From positions 5,424 through 69,423 of the forward strand of contig FLMG01004655.1 in NCBI GenBank assembly GCA_900088475.1: a DNA stretch of 64,000 nucleotides. Reading direction: 5' to 3'. This stretch comes from Hyphochytrium catenoides (taxonomy: Eukaryota > Protista > Hyphochytriomycota). The notes below the pieces were generated by a model. It did not search any database. It was not told where the DNA came from and saw only the letters and a program-made list of their open reading frames with translations. This document shows, in pieces, positions 23,501 to 35,520 of this stretch. The position numbers and the translations under genes are program-made. Position 1 is the first letter of the stretch. Every line of letters starts with the position of its first letter.

Positions 23501-26500
23501 AATAATTTCTGTTAGTGTTCAAGCCCATGTATGTTAGGAGAGGGAAGCAAATGCGGTGAATAGAACCAGAATCACCTCACATATACTCCAGGCCTTAACT
23601 CACCGCGAGAGCACCGTTCGGAAGAACATCATGCAGCACTGCTGCAAGGACCGCCATGCCTTTTTCCTTAAGTGCCATTGAAGGCGAGTGCAGAGACGTA
23701 GCCCATGCAGAGAATATAGTAAGAGGAATCAAATGTGGGGCGGCTGGAGATAACGATGATGCTCCAACTTCACGAGAAAGCTCCATAAGCAATCCCGTCA
23801 ACTTCTCCGCAAGCGATACGTTAGGGTGAGAAAGCGCTTCTCCGTCATTCCAAGAAGCTCCAGCTTCAACGCTGATTTGCATTAATGCAGATGTGACAGA
23901 TGCTTCGCTACTATCCCAAGGTATTCCCGCATACCTTCTTTGTGACGCATTCGCAACCTACGGCCGTCAGCAGTATATTAGGCACCGAGGACTACGTTTA
24001 ATGAAAGTAACCATACAAGAAGACCTACCTCCTCAGCCACGCTGGCGAGAAGCTGCCTCATAAAGTTGTCCTGGACCTTGCCGGTTTGGGTATTTATTAG
24101 AGCTGCCTTGATAACTGGACATAGTGCTTGCAACGTTACACTCTTTTGATATGTAGCCACGCTGATGGCATTTCCCTCTTCCATCCTGGCTCTCTCTTCT
24201 TCACTTAGGCTAGGGCTCAGCCGCTTCGAATGCTGAGCTCCAACCGTAGCCACCAGCTTGATGAGGCGAACAAACGACTGTTGATCTGAACCTGACGCCT
24301 CAGAGAGTGAAGGCTGCTCGCAGCCAATCGCAGCTAAAGAAAATGGCCCAAGTAACTCTTCTGGCCAAAACGCAAGCAGGTTAACCAGAGTGCGCCTAGC
24401 GTAAAGCACTGAAAGTGAAATCGTGGCCTGTAAAAGATCATCTGCCAACCCTGCCGGACGGTCCTCCTGATTCCCTGTTCGCGTGCCGATTAGAGGCCCC
24501 AGGGCACTTCTGGTCGTCCCTGAGGAAGACCGTCCACTTCCAGTTTCTTTGCCAAAATACCGTGACTCCCATACATAGTTCTCTTCACCAACTGATTCTT
24601 CCAAACAATCAATAATCTCAGAATCCTTATAAGTCTTAATATTTCTCGGAACCCGGTTCTGCGGCAAGAGAGCGTCCATGATCTAATGGGGACGCGTCAT
24701 AGCAGAAGATTAGGCGCAAGAAAGAGAAGGGCAATAATTGGTGCAAGTGGGAATCACATCCCCAAGTAAGCTAGCTCAGGGGGACATACTCACCGGTCTA
24801 AATCCTGGTGGTGGGCCATATTTGAAGGCCGGGGCGTGGAAAAGTCCTCCTCCAAGGTTAAACCGAACTGTCTCTCTGCGATTGAAGCTTGCACAAGGAT
24901 AGAGGCCCCCAGTAAACTCAATACCTCGGAAGGCGACACCCATCCCAACGCTCTTTGTCTTTCCGTTGAGGGCGAACATTAAAATCCCGGCGTCCACGTC
25001 AGCGGCACAACCTACCACGTCTCCCACTTTCCACTACAAGGGGAGAGGATTTGATGAGCAACGAAGGAGCGCCGTCTATTAGCCCAAGAAGCTATTCACG
25101 CAGGAGATACCTTTGCCCCCCAGGCGGAGGAAGACCCATGCCACTTCATCTGGCGCCAGCCGTCATAGGCCCAAGAGTGTGGCCCATCTCCAACACCATC
25201 ACCTCTGTCAGCAGCTCCTTGGAAGCCCGTGTCTGCCCAACCGATTTGGATGCAGCCACTAGTTAATAGTGTGGCCTGCAGTGGATCAGCATCAGCAATG
25301 AGATCAACAAATCACTTGCAAGTCGGCATCTGCCACACACCTCGTAATACCATTTGCCCGTCGTAAGGACCGCGCTCCTGGCCCCAACACTTGCGAAGCC
25401 ACCGCCTGAGAGACCCTCGACTGTGAGCGTATCAGAAATAGACGCTTGTCCGCTGACAGCGATCAGAGGGTTAGGGCCGTGGTAAACCATCTCCTCATTG
25501 AACGAGCTTGGTAAGGCTGACAGGTCATCCTTCAGAGCTGCCTCTCGCGCCAGCTTCTCCTCCTGATCCTTCCTATCCTCCGCCTCGAGAGATTCCCCAT
25601 TTGAGAGGATCCAAGTCAGCGCAAGGTCCACATTGTTCCTGTTAGCGGCCAAGGCTTTCTTGCACCAGGTTACGGGGAAGCCCATTTCCACCAATTGGTC
25701 TAAGAGGGGGTTTCGCTTCTCTGTTGACCTTGCCAATTCGGCAGAAGCCTTTGCAGCAGTGCTTCTGGCATCGTTGTGTGCATTGACAAGCCTTTCCATG
25801 TCTCCGCCATGCTCAAAGCAGAAGTTGATGGCTCTCTCAACATCGTTTCCGCAGGTGGCAAGGGCAACCTCACACCAATCGCGAGGAAAACCCATCTCCA
25901 TCATCTGATGGCATAAAGGAGAGGGCTCAGGCCTCTGACCAGAAGAACCAGCTGATTCGCTTAGTGCACTCGATGGCCGTGAAGAGGTTGAAGACGGCTC
26001 TCGTTTATGCGAAATTGCGTCCAACCGCCGTCTTCGGCTATCGTGCCACTTCGCCCAGAGGTGGAGCCATTTATCTTCTAATTCGTTCGCATCACCGATG
26101 CTTGACACGTTGTGGCCGGTCACTGCAACTCGAAGAAGCTCCTTTAGAGTATCAAGAGCTATTTTTCGCTGCTCTGATGAAGTCCCGGAGAAATGTTGTC
26201 CGGACACAAATGCTGCTGCTAGCTCCGGTGCCTTGACTAGCTCTGCTGCCGTCCTAAAAAAAGCAATGCAGTGGATCCATTAGGAAGTAGCTCTCCAATT
26301 GTCCAATAGAGAGTGAAGAAAGTAAACGGATGCAAAACCCACCTAAACGAAGTGAGGAAAGTGAACGCGTGGAGTATCCCTGCTTCGTCGTCCATTTCTT
26401 TCGCAATATTTTTCAGTTCAGTTGTTATGTTTGTCAAGGAACTCGCGTTGTTCAAGTCTCCACCCGATCCTGGATCATCATCAAGCGTCATGTCTGTGGG

Positions 26501-29500
26501 ACTCTCCTCCTCGTCAACAACCTCTTCCTCTTCTCCCGCAGACTCCAGTGTTAATACTTCCCTGACTTCTACAAGCTGCCTAAGGCCCCTCAACAAAAGA
26601 CCGAAATTGGTGCCAAAAAATGATCTAAGGACATCCTGAGAGACAAACTTTGCTTCTGGAATGATCTCTGGTACAGGCGTCAAATCATCAACAGGGAGCC
26701 TCACAGGCCTCGTCGGCTGCGGAGATGGTGAGAGGCGTGATCCTTTCCCTCCTCCAGGCCCTTCTTTTTGATCGGATCCCATCATACTGCTACTAATAAC
26801 TACTTCTGCCGTGCTCTTGGACGGATCGTACGACACCAAAATCCCTCTTGCCCCCCTCCAGGCAGTCTCTTGAAAGTTGCCTATTGTGGACCGTTAGCGA
26901 GCAGTAAACCGATCTGGCTTGAACAATGACTAACCTGAGCGCGGGACCAAGCAAACAGCTCCTCCTACCCGCAAGCCTTCGATATATCCACCTAATACCC
27001 AAAGGGCAGATATAGCCTTGCGCATATTTGAATAAAAGTCAAACCACTGAGGAGCCCCTGTCTTTAGAATATGATGTGCAGTTCTTCGAGCTTCATCTAC
27101 ATCTGTCTTTTCAGCTGCAGACCGAAGATTGGCGCTGATCAACTTTTGAAAGCTGCGGTCATCCGGATGATATTGGTACAAAAAGGAGCTTTCTAGTGCA
27201 CCTTGACAAGCAGCATTGACATGCCGCGTCCAAGTCTCAGAGATTTGGAGGGAACGAAGCAAACTTACTGCTTCCGCAGCCAAGGCACTTGAATTCTTGA
27301 AGTGCGGTGTGCGTCCGGCATCTGGTTGGTTGACGGTGTGGATGATTGCCCCTGCGATCCCAAGCTCCCCTGGTAACTGGGAAAACGACTGTACTGCTTT
27401 CCTCATGAGCGCATCGCAGACAGAGTTTGGAAGCAATCGGCCAACTGCACCCAAAAGGAAGCTCATGAGAGACTGCGCGGGTGGTGTTTGGCCGCCCTCT
27501 CCATCTGAATTTGCTTCTTCATAGAGTTCATCCTCACTTTCATCTTCCACGTACGTGAAGTCCTTGGTCAATTGAAGGCTTGAGGTCAAAGAATCAGGAT
27601 CGATGGATGGGAGCAGGCGTTTCAAAATGCGGAGGACCTTTCGCTGGATTTGGGGTGTACCACCATCTACCAACGCCACTAGGAGCCTCAACCAGCGGGA
27701 GGACGACAGGTGACTACGACATACGCCTGCCCCGCTAACAGAAAACAACAGGGAGCAGATTTGGTAGCAGTACTGTCCAGCCTCACCAGCACCATCCGCC
27801 AACGATATCTCTGTACCATGAGAGCTCTCGACTGGATCCTTTCGGTGGGCAGCAGTACTGCGAGACATGAGGGCTTCCTGACGCAGACTGTGCAGAGAGT
27901 TACGAAGCTCTGTGTATAGCATGTCAAACACCGACTTCCCGAGGGTTTCAGGGCCAGAAGGCTTCCTCGAAAGAGGGATGGCACTTAAAGATATCGTAAC
28001 AGGCAGGGGATCAGAGACTTCGCTTAGCCCAGCCTCTTCGTTTCCAGACCCGGCCGACTCACCTACGCTAGCAACTTGCGCTGCCAGAAGATGAACTACT
28101 TTTAGCGCGGCTTGGACGATCCTTTTCTTAGCATCAACAGCGAAGCCCATGGCCTCAGGTCCGTCTCCGATACGGCTCTTGTTAGAGACGTCCACGTCAT
28201 TCTTCCTAAGCTCATGTTTCTCAGCTGACCTGGACTCGTCTAATACCGTTTGTAGAATACGGAAGATGCCTATTCTTGAGAGGAAGGCGTGATCATCGGG
28301 CTTTATGACGATACCCCAACTGTCCAAAAGGGCTAACTGCAGGTCAGTATCGCCAGCCCAGGTCGCCTTGGACAAGATTGATGCGAGGAGTGAGTATACT
28401 GCCTCAAAAGCCCCACGGATATCGGAAAGGATATGTCTACCACTTCCTCCCAATCCATTTAGATAGTAGCCCTCCTCCAGCTGTCCGATGTTATGATTTG
28501 ATGAAGTCTTCAGACGGAGGAATAGAGGCGCGGAAGGGCTAAAATCTACGTCCATCTGGGCACCACGTAATGCTGGAGCCACCCACTGTACTAGGGCTGC
28601 CACTGAACCTGAGTTCTGCAGGCCGCCATCAGCACTGCTGGTCGCGAAGCCACTGTAAGGTGTGTGTCGTCCATCTCCTAATAATGCTCTGATGGATTGG
28701 AGCCCATAGGCTCGGAGAAGAGCTCGAGTAGAGTTGGCTAGCATTAAAGCCTGCAGTTTGTGTATCCTCAGAGGAGCTTCAAGGAATCTAGAGATGAGGA
28801 GTACAGTGCTAGAAAAGGCCCTCTCTGCCACCGCTCTAGTGTCCGTTTTTCTAGTAATTGAAGAGTGCTCAAATGGGTCGCGAATTGGTCCAAGCTGCTC
28901 TCCTATTTCAGCAAGAGATATGGCTGCGAGCAGCTCAGGATTAGGGCGCAACGTCAACAAGAACTTCGCCTTGCGTAAGACCACGTTGGCCATTGTCCCG
29001 TAGGTGGACCCCGTCTGGTTCTTAGCCCGGATAGCCCATTCGACCACTCTTTGAGCAGCTCTCCAAGCATGGGTAAGGCGGTCATCAGGTCTAATCTCAG
29101 CCTCCTTACTTGCAATGCCAAGATCAATTTGTTGTGCAGGAGCCGCTGCCTGGCACTGCGCCAAACCGAGAGAGACACAACCACAGTGAACCAAAATAGC
29201 AGCACATACAGCTCTTCTTGCAGTTTTCATTATTTCGCCGCCGATTCGGCTGAACGCAGACTCTCCGATGTGCTTTAGCACCCACTTGTCAACCTTGGCT
29301 GGCTTCCCATGCCCTTCGATGAGTTCATTGAGAAAACCGATTTCTGACATGTCAGCATTCTCCATACCGGAACCCTGCATTAAAAAAGTGGAGCCAAATG
29401 AAGGCATGACGGATCGTATCCAGTCCCTCGGCTTTTGCAATTTGCTTTCCTCCAGATCCCTTCCCCAACTTTGTAGGTTCCACTCAGAAGCAACATCACA

Positions 29501-32500
29501 TAGGTGATCTAGAATCGTCGATACTGGCAGTCCGCCACTAAGAAGGGGGCCTTCTACCCATTCGGTATAGATTGTTGCATTCGCTTCTTTCGAACCTGCT
29601 AGCTCAGCGTCAGCTTGCTCTTCAAGAGAAGAATTACCTTGGTTGGGCTGGTTAGAACTAGGGAGCTGTGTATGGTAAAAAGATTCGTTCCCTAGAAGTC
29701 CCGCATTGCCCAGAATTAAAGCATAGCAAAATTTTCCCATGGCCGTCGCCGCGACTTGCTCGAGAAGGAGGAGCCGTCGGACCGCATGACCCAGCGACTG
29801 CAATGGTGAGTCTTCGGCCACCGCAGATCGAATTCCCACGATGCTGCCAGTTGTCTTAGACTTGGTGTCCTCATACGTCCCGTTGAACGCCTTGTTGTCT
29901 GCACGAATTCGCCCCTCAATAAAACAAGTCCCACCCTGCCGCCAGGTTTCAAGGAAACGAATCTTTCTTCCGCGCACAGCCCCTTTCAAAGTTACTGCTG
30001 AAAAGGCGCCTTTACTCTTCCCACTCACCTCACCACTATCACCCTGTTCCAGTTGCAGCATGTATTGCTGAGCTGGAATACTACCTGCTGCCATACTTTT
30101 TAGCTCCCATTCCCCAGAGACATCTACGGCTATCTCTAGAGGTGTTAAGGACTCCGCTCCTAATGCCCTACCATTGGAACCCTTTGGCGAAGACTGAAGG
30201 ACTCCGTGCACTCGTCGATTGAGGCTGTCCAGCCGCTTGATTAGCGTGGAGAGCCGGGGAACAAGCTCTAGTTGGAAAATAGGAGAGATATCTGAAAGCT
30301 TACGGATGCTTGCAATTCCACTAAGTAGTGGTGGTAGGAGGTAACCCAACACTGGATAATTTGCTAGAATCTTAGGACTCTCAGTCTTGTTAAGGGACTG
30401 CAACACGCCACTGTGGCCGGCGGTCCCCCCAGTTTTCAATGCTTCTTGAATACGTCTTTGAAAGGCGCTCATATTTGCTTCGGATAGCATTTCCAAGCAA
30501 GCGTCTATCAATTGGTGAGCGTAACCAATCGCGGGACCAAGCACTATTGGGGGCAAGCTTGCTCCGTTGCAGTGTTGTTCTTGAATTCCTGTCATTGCTG
30601 TCTTGCTCTTTAGACCATGCTCCGCCGACACGACTGGAAGTATCGCCACCTGGTCATCCTTCTGGTAGAGCCCAACCGCAGGGTATAGGGTCCCGACCTG
30701 CGTCAGTCCATCGAAAGCCACACCCCATGAGTTGTCGTCAATACCAAATGATAGAGCACCAGTGTCGGTATTAAGCTGAACTTTCACGACACTTCCGGTA
30801 CTGAAGCCTTCACCATAGTCCCCTCGGACCTTGCTCCTGTTGTGCCATAGGGCTCGAGTACCAATTAGCCCCCAACCTTGACGATCACCCCCCACGTAAG
30901 TGCTCACGGATGCCTCCTTTGTGGCGACGCCAAGAAATATATGACCCTTCTCACACTTATCCAATCGGACGGCCCACTCGTGAATACCTGTGCCAGGAGG
31001 ACAACCTGTGGCCACCATCACGGTACCCCACTGTTTAGCTGCATGCTGCTTCGCCGTCCGATTGTTGTCGGACAAGGTTATCGTCTCAGCACAGCGCGAT
31101 TCGTCAAACTCTAAAGTGGGTGGGTCGTCACCTGCGTTTCCTCCAAGAGTTTGGACCATTAAGTCTTGAATAGATCTGAGCAGCAAAGCACGGGGCATTT
31201 GGTCGCATGGATGAACTACCAGCTCCAACGTCTTCCTTAGGAAGCCAGTCCCTTCCCACTGCTCCACAGTAACTAACCGTAGCAAAAGTGTCATAATGCG
31301 TGGCAGGAAGAACAGGTTTTCCTCTCTTTCATCATTTGTAGTATGGGCGATTGTCCACCACGATTCGTAAAGAGCATCCACCCGGTGGATGCCATGCGGT
31401 AGCGAATCAACAGTGGTCTCATGCAGGCTGAGCCCATGTTCCTCGAGCCAGGCCACTGACGCGACTTCGTTCAGATAGGAGATCACTGCTTCTTGCGACA
31501 GCTTTCCAGAAGAGACCCCTTCCACCACCTCCTCTGGAGTCCAGCGAAGACGGTGGTATCGAGACCTTCCCAGAAAAGACCTTGAATCAGCTGACGTTGC
31601 TTCAGCTCCTGCCAAATGCTCCTTTTTTGACGGACTCATCTCAAGCCTTTCAATCTCATCGCCTAATACGGCTGGTAGAGCCGGCACGAAATGGTTGGCC
31701 ATGTCTGGAAGGGAAAGTCTAGCGCAAAGCAAGTCCAGCTGGCTGTTCAACAACTTCGCTCTATCCAAAGAAAGTCGCTGAGTGTCCATTACTTGTTTGA
31801 GCAGCTTCACCAGAAGCCTCATCCGTTCCGTGTGGGTAGGATAGAAATGCGGGATTGCTTTAACCCATACTGCCAAGGCTATGTAACCTGAGTGGCAGGT
31901 ATACTCTGTGGCCAAATCCAAAGCTGACAGCTTTTCAAATTGGTTAGGGACCTCCCTCTTCGTAGGGAGTGATGGACTAATAGTTGAGTTATCCATTGTT
32001 CTCAAGATATGCTCTCGAAGTTTGTGTATTACTGGATTGCTACTACCTTCGTGGCTCTGCCCGGCAACCGCATGCCCCAAGCCAACCGAAGCGGGCTGGA
32101 GACTCGCCACCTCAACATGGAAGAGGTTGCCGTGGAGGATTCGCAGCAGACTGACATAAGCGCAGGCTCGAGTCAGACTCCACGTAGGCGAAGTCACAGC
32201 GTCATCCAACTCCATGGCGACACTTGAGCTATTATTCAAGTTTCCAGGATCGAGCTTAGTAAGGAGATACTGGATGATGAGAAAGGTAAGGGGATGTGGA
32301 TGGATAGCATCGGGAGGTTGGCTAGGGTCCGAAGCACCCTGAAGCCAGCCGTTGATGTAAGCAGTCGCCTGTTTGTCCGCTTTTACAAGTAGGGAGGTCA
32401 GCACGGCATAGGCTGGAACAAAGGGCCCACCATCGCTTCCCTTAAGGTAGCCAACGGCATCAATTTCTTCTGCCGAGAACGGCTCTCCCGGTTCCCTTTC

Positions 32501-34697
32501 TAGGTCAGGAGGGGCCAGATCTGATTCTTGGCTGCTTGCCCTGGCCGGCTGGTCATCAACCTCCTCCTGTGCTGTGGAAAGAGAGAGGGCAATAGCTTGG
32601 GCCATTAGAGCCTCCTCATCGAGTTCAGCATCAGGCCCTCCTTCCATGCTGCCTAGAGCACTTCTGGTCCAAGGGGCGACGGCAGATAGAGAACTGTCTT
32701 CTTCCCCAACTTGTCTGGATTCGTCAGCATCCTGTGAAGAGTCCATCCTATGAGCGGAAATTTGCATTCCGTCTCTCACAGAACCCAACTCAGCTTTTAA
32801 CGGCTCTCCATGGCCCTCTACACCTTCTTCGAGTTCCATAGATGAGAGAGACTGGGTGCCCTTCAATGTCATCAAGTTAGGTTCATCCTCAGCTAGGAGA
32901 CCACTACACAAACTACTCACCATTTGAGACAAAGCGTTCCTGCGAGTGCTGTCCTCACTAGCGACTGCCTCTTCTTGTCGGCTACCGGATGTGCGAGCGG
33001 GTGGAGCGACGGACTGGGAAGTCCCTAAATCACCGTTTGCCTGGCCGGCCTTTCCGACCAAAGCAACCGGTAGTGACTGGAACACGCCCTCAGAGTCAGG
33101 AAGATGTGAAGCGCTAGCAAGTAGCATCTTCACAGCAAGTAGAATCGCATGCAGACTCCCGTCCTCGGCTGCCCGAGCAATGAATCTCCCTACATGCAGT
33201 TGGAATTCGTCCGCTGATAATGGAGGTGCTGCTCACGATGTTAATAAAAATACTTGCATCTCATCAGCATTCGGCTAAAGCTTACCTGTGTAATCAGGGA
33301 TAAGTGGAGCCACAACCCTCTCAACTTGCTCCTTTTCTTTTTTCCTTTTCTTTCTCTTATCCTTCCCCTTAGGACCCGACACTTGCTCGGGGCGTCCGCT
33401 CCCACCTGCTACTAAAGGATGGCTCAATATGGCTCTGTATAGTAGCGGTTCTGTGTCGCGGATTTGCTGGAGCATTGGGATGAAGACGCGCTGGTCGACG
33501 GCACCTGCCAGCAGGTCTTCTGACGATGGCTCCCCACCACCCAAGGCGTCTCGGGCCAAGGTTTCAGTCCCGCTCTCATCGCTTCCATGATCGTTACCTG
33601 AAGCAATAGCTTAGCAAAATATCCACGGCCAAACGGAGAAATAGCAGTCGCACAACCTTCTGTCGTGTCTTCTGTCTCAGCTTCTTTATTAGCTACTTTG
33701 TCCCGTCCCTCTTTCTCCTCTCGCTTGCTTGTGGACTCAACCCTTCGCTCTAGAAAGAATCTAGTCAGCTCTTCTACTTTCCTCCTCCGCACAACATCCT
33801 TTCGCTCCTCGGTCGCCTTTATGTCCTTCTTCGCCTGCATCAAAGAGTGATCATTCACTGCCATTATTTAGATTCAAAACTGTGCTGAATAATAGCAAAC
33901 CTTGACCGGATCAACGGGCTTTCTTCTCACGGGCGGCTCTGGCCTCCCTTCTAGAGAGAGCTGCACTAACCCTTCCCGTGTTATGAGATCATTACGTTCA
34001 GCACACAGAGCGCTTAGCTCCTCCTTCATAGACAACGTCAGACCAGATCTGTTGAAAGTAGGACTGTACCTTAGAGGACTTACCAACAGCTGCTGTGAGC
34101 GCAACTCCGAAGCATACTTATCCTGAGCATCCTCAAGTTCATGGAGGACGCTAGGACGTCGGATGCTGCTCCCTCTGGCGCCCAGCATCTGTGGCAACAC
34201 CCAATGCACAAGGCTTGGGACTTCGCTATTGTAACATAAGTCTTCCTTGAGGTTAATTCTTTGACGACGGTGACTCTACGGTTCCGGTACGCAATCTCTC
34301 TGTCGGGTAGCTTCTGATGCTTGCAGGGGTGAAGTATGATTGAAGGTTAGCCTATCTCGACTCAGCCGCGTAGCGCCAGGGTCAGATGAGGACCTCTGAC
34401 TGAAACTTGCTGCATGTGATGGTCACTTATGCTCTACCGCCTCAAGTATGAGGATGCACCGATGCACCACACGCCAAGAACAGAATATCGACCTGAGTCT
34501 CTACCATGATGCGAATTCTCTGAAATCTTCGTCTGCGGATCCCTTTCTTTGAGCTTCCTTGTAACTTGTGCGCTCTTTCCCATCTTGGATATTCCAAGAA
34601 ATTCGTCATTCTCATCCTCTCTCTTTGAAATTCCAATATTTGTGCAACCGTTCCATGTATTATTATTACTACTATTGCCGTTCCCAGCTAAGCGCAT
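17523..34697 (-). CDS. Giant HECT-domain E3 ubiquitin ligase (HERC/HECTD4-like; UIM, 3x SPRY, 2x UBA, MIB/HERC2 domain, C-terminal HECT), multi-exon
   Basis: HECT C-lobe FWQVLRDMTSEERTLFLRFVWARSR...LPHAQ|TCFFSLSLPAY with catalytic Cys, stop 17523-17525. SPRY domains at ~30650-31110, ~24780-25400 and ~20700-21420. UBA pair MMEMGFPRDWC / LVEMGFPVTWC at ~25600-25920. MIB/HERC2 KVVRGPDWKWKEQDGGEG at ~22090-22280. UIM DEEALMAQAIALSL at ~32580-32620. Start codon uncertain (34697 or slightly downstream). Confidence 0.9.
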
Positions 34698-35520
34698 ACA
34701 GTCCCTATTATTACAGCGATGGCTATTTTAGTAGTTGAAGTCTTCCAAGGGGCATTTTTCAGACGATGCGGACCACGATTAATTAAGCCTTTATAAGGCC
34801 AACGAGGATTGTCAAACAGATGAAAAGTCTCATGAGGATTCAGCACCAAGCCTGGCTCTTTGCTGTTGCCGAGTTGCGGTCCTGCTTGCCAAATAGAGCC
34901 TGGTGTCGCCTCTTGCCATGAATGTACCAGCAATTCTTTCACCCGATAGAAGCGAATACATGTGCGAACCCTTTGCTCAAAACTTGATAACAGGGTCAGG
35001 AACTAAGTTGTGGTCTGAGACAACTGATAATTGCTGTGCTCTATTGACGAGGAGTGGTGGTTCAGAGAGTAGGCGGCAGCAGGTTGGAGAAAGAAAGGAG
35101 ACAATGTGCGAACAGTCTAGCAAGGCGGGTCTTATATCCATAATTAAGCCTGAAGGACCAGATATCTTGCACCTTGAAGAGTTGTATCTGCAGGGGTAAG
35201 TCACCTATTTACTCAGCGAGACTGCATATCTTTAGAACACTGCTCCTCCTATGAAGAAGGCTAGTTGGAGAATCCGATGCAGCTCCTATGCCTCAGGATC
35301 ATCCCGGAAGAGATTTTGACGTAAGCAAGCTACCCTTTAGCAGCGCTCTCCGGCTTGAGTTTGCGAATGTAGGAGAGCCATTCATATTTAACTTGGAGCA
35401 GGCGACCTTTCTTTGTTAACGCCTGCTGCTATTAGGCCTTCTATGAGCATCTGAGGCGGTATCAAGAAGACAACCGAAACGCAAGCTTTAAGGAGGGCGG
35501 AAGTCCTGTTCAAAGGCTAG

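Noticed and set aside
17784-33278. Many short plus-strand ORFs over the HECT gene (and similar antisense ORFs over other genes)
   Set aside because: Antisense or off-frame shadows of long coding exons with no independent motifs.
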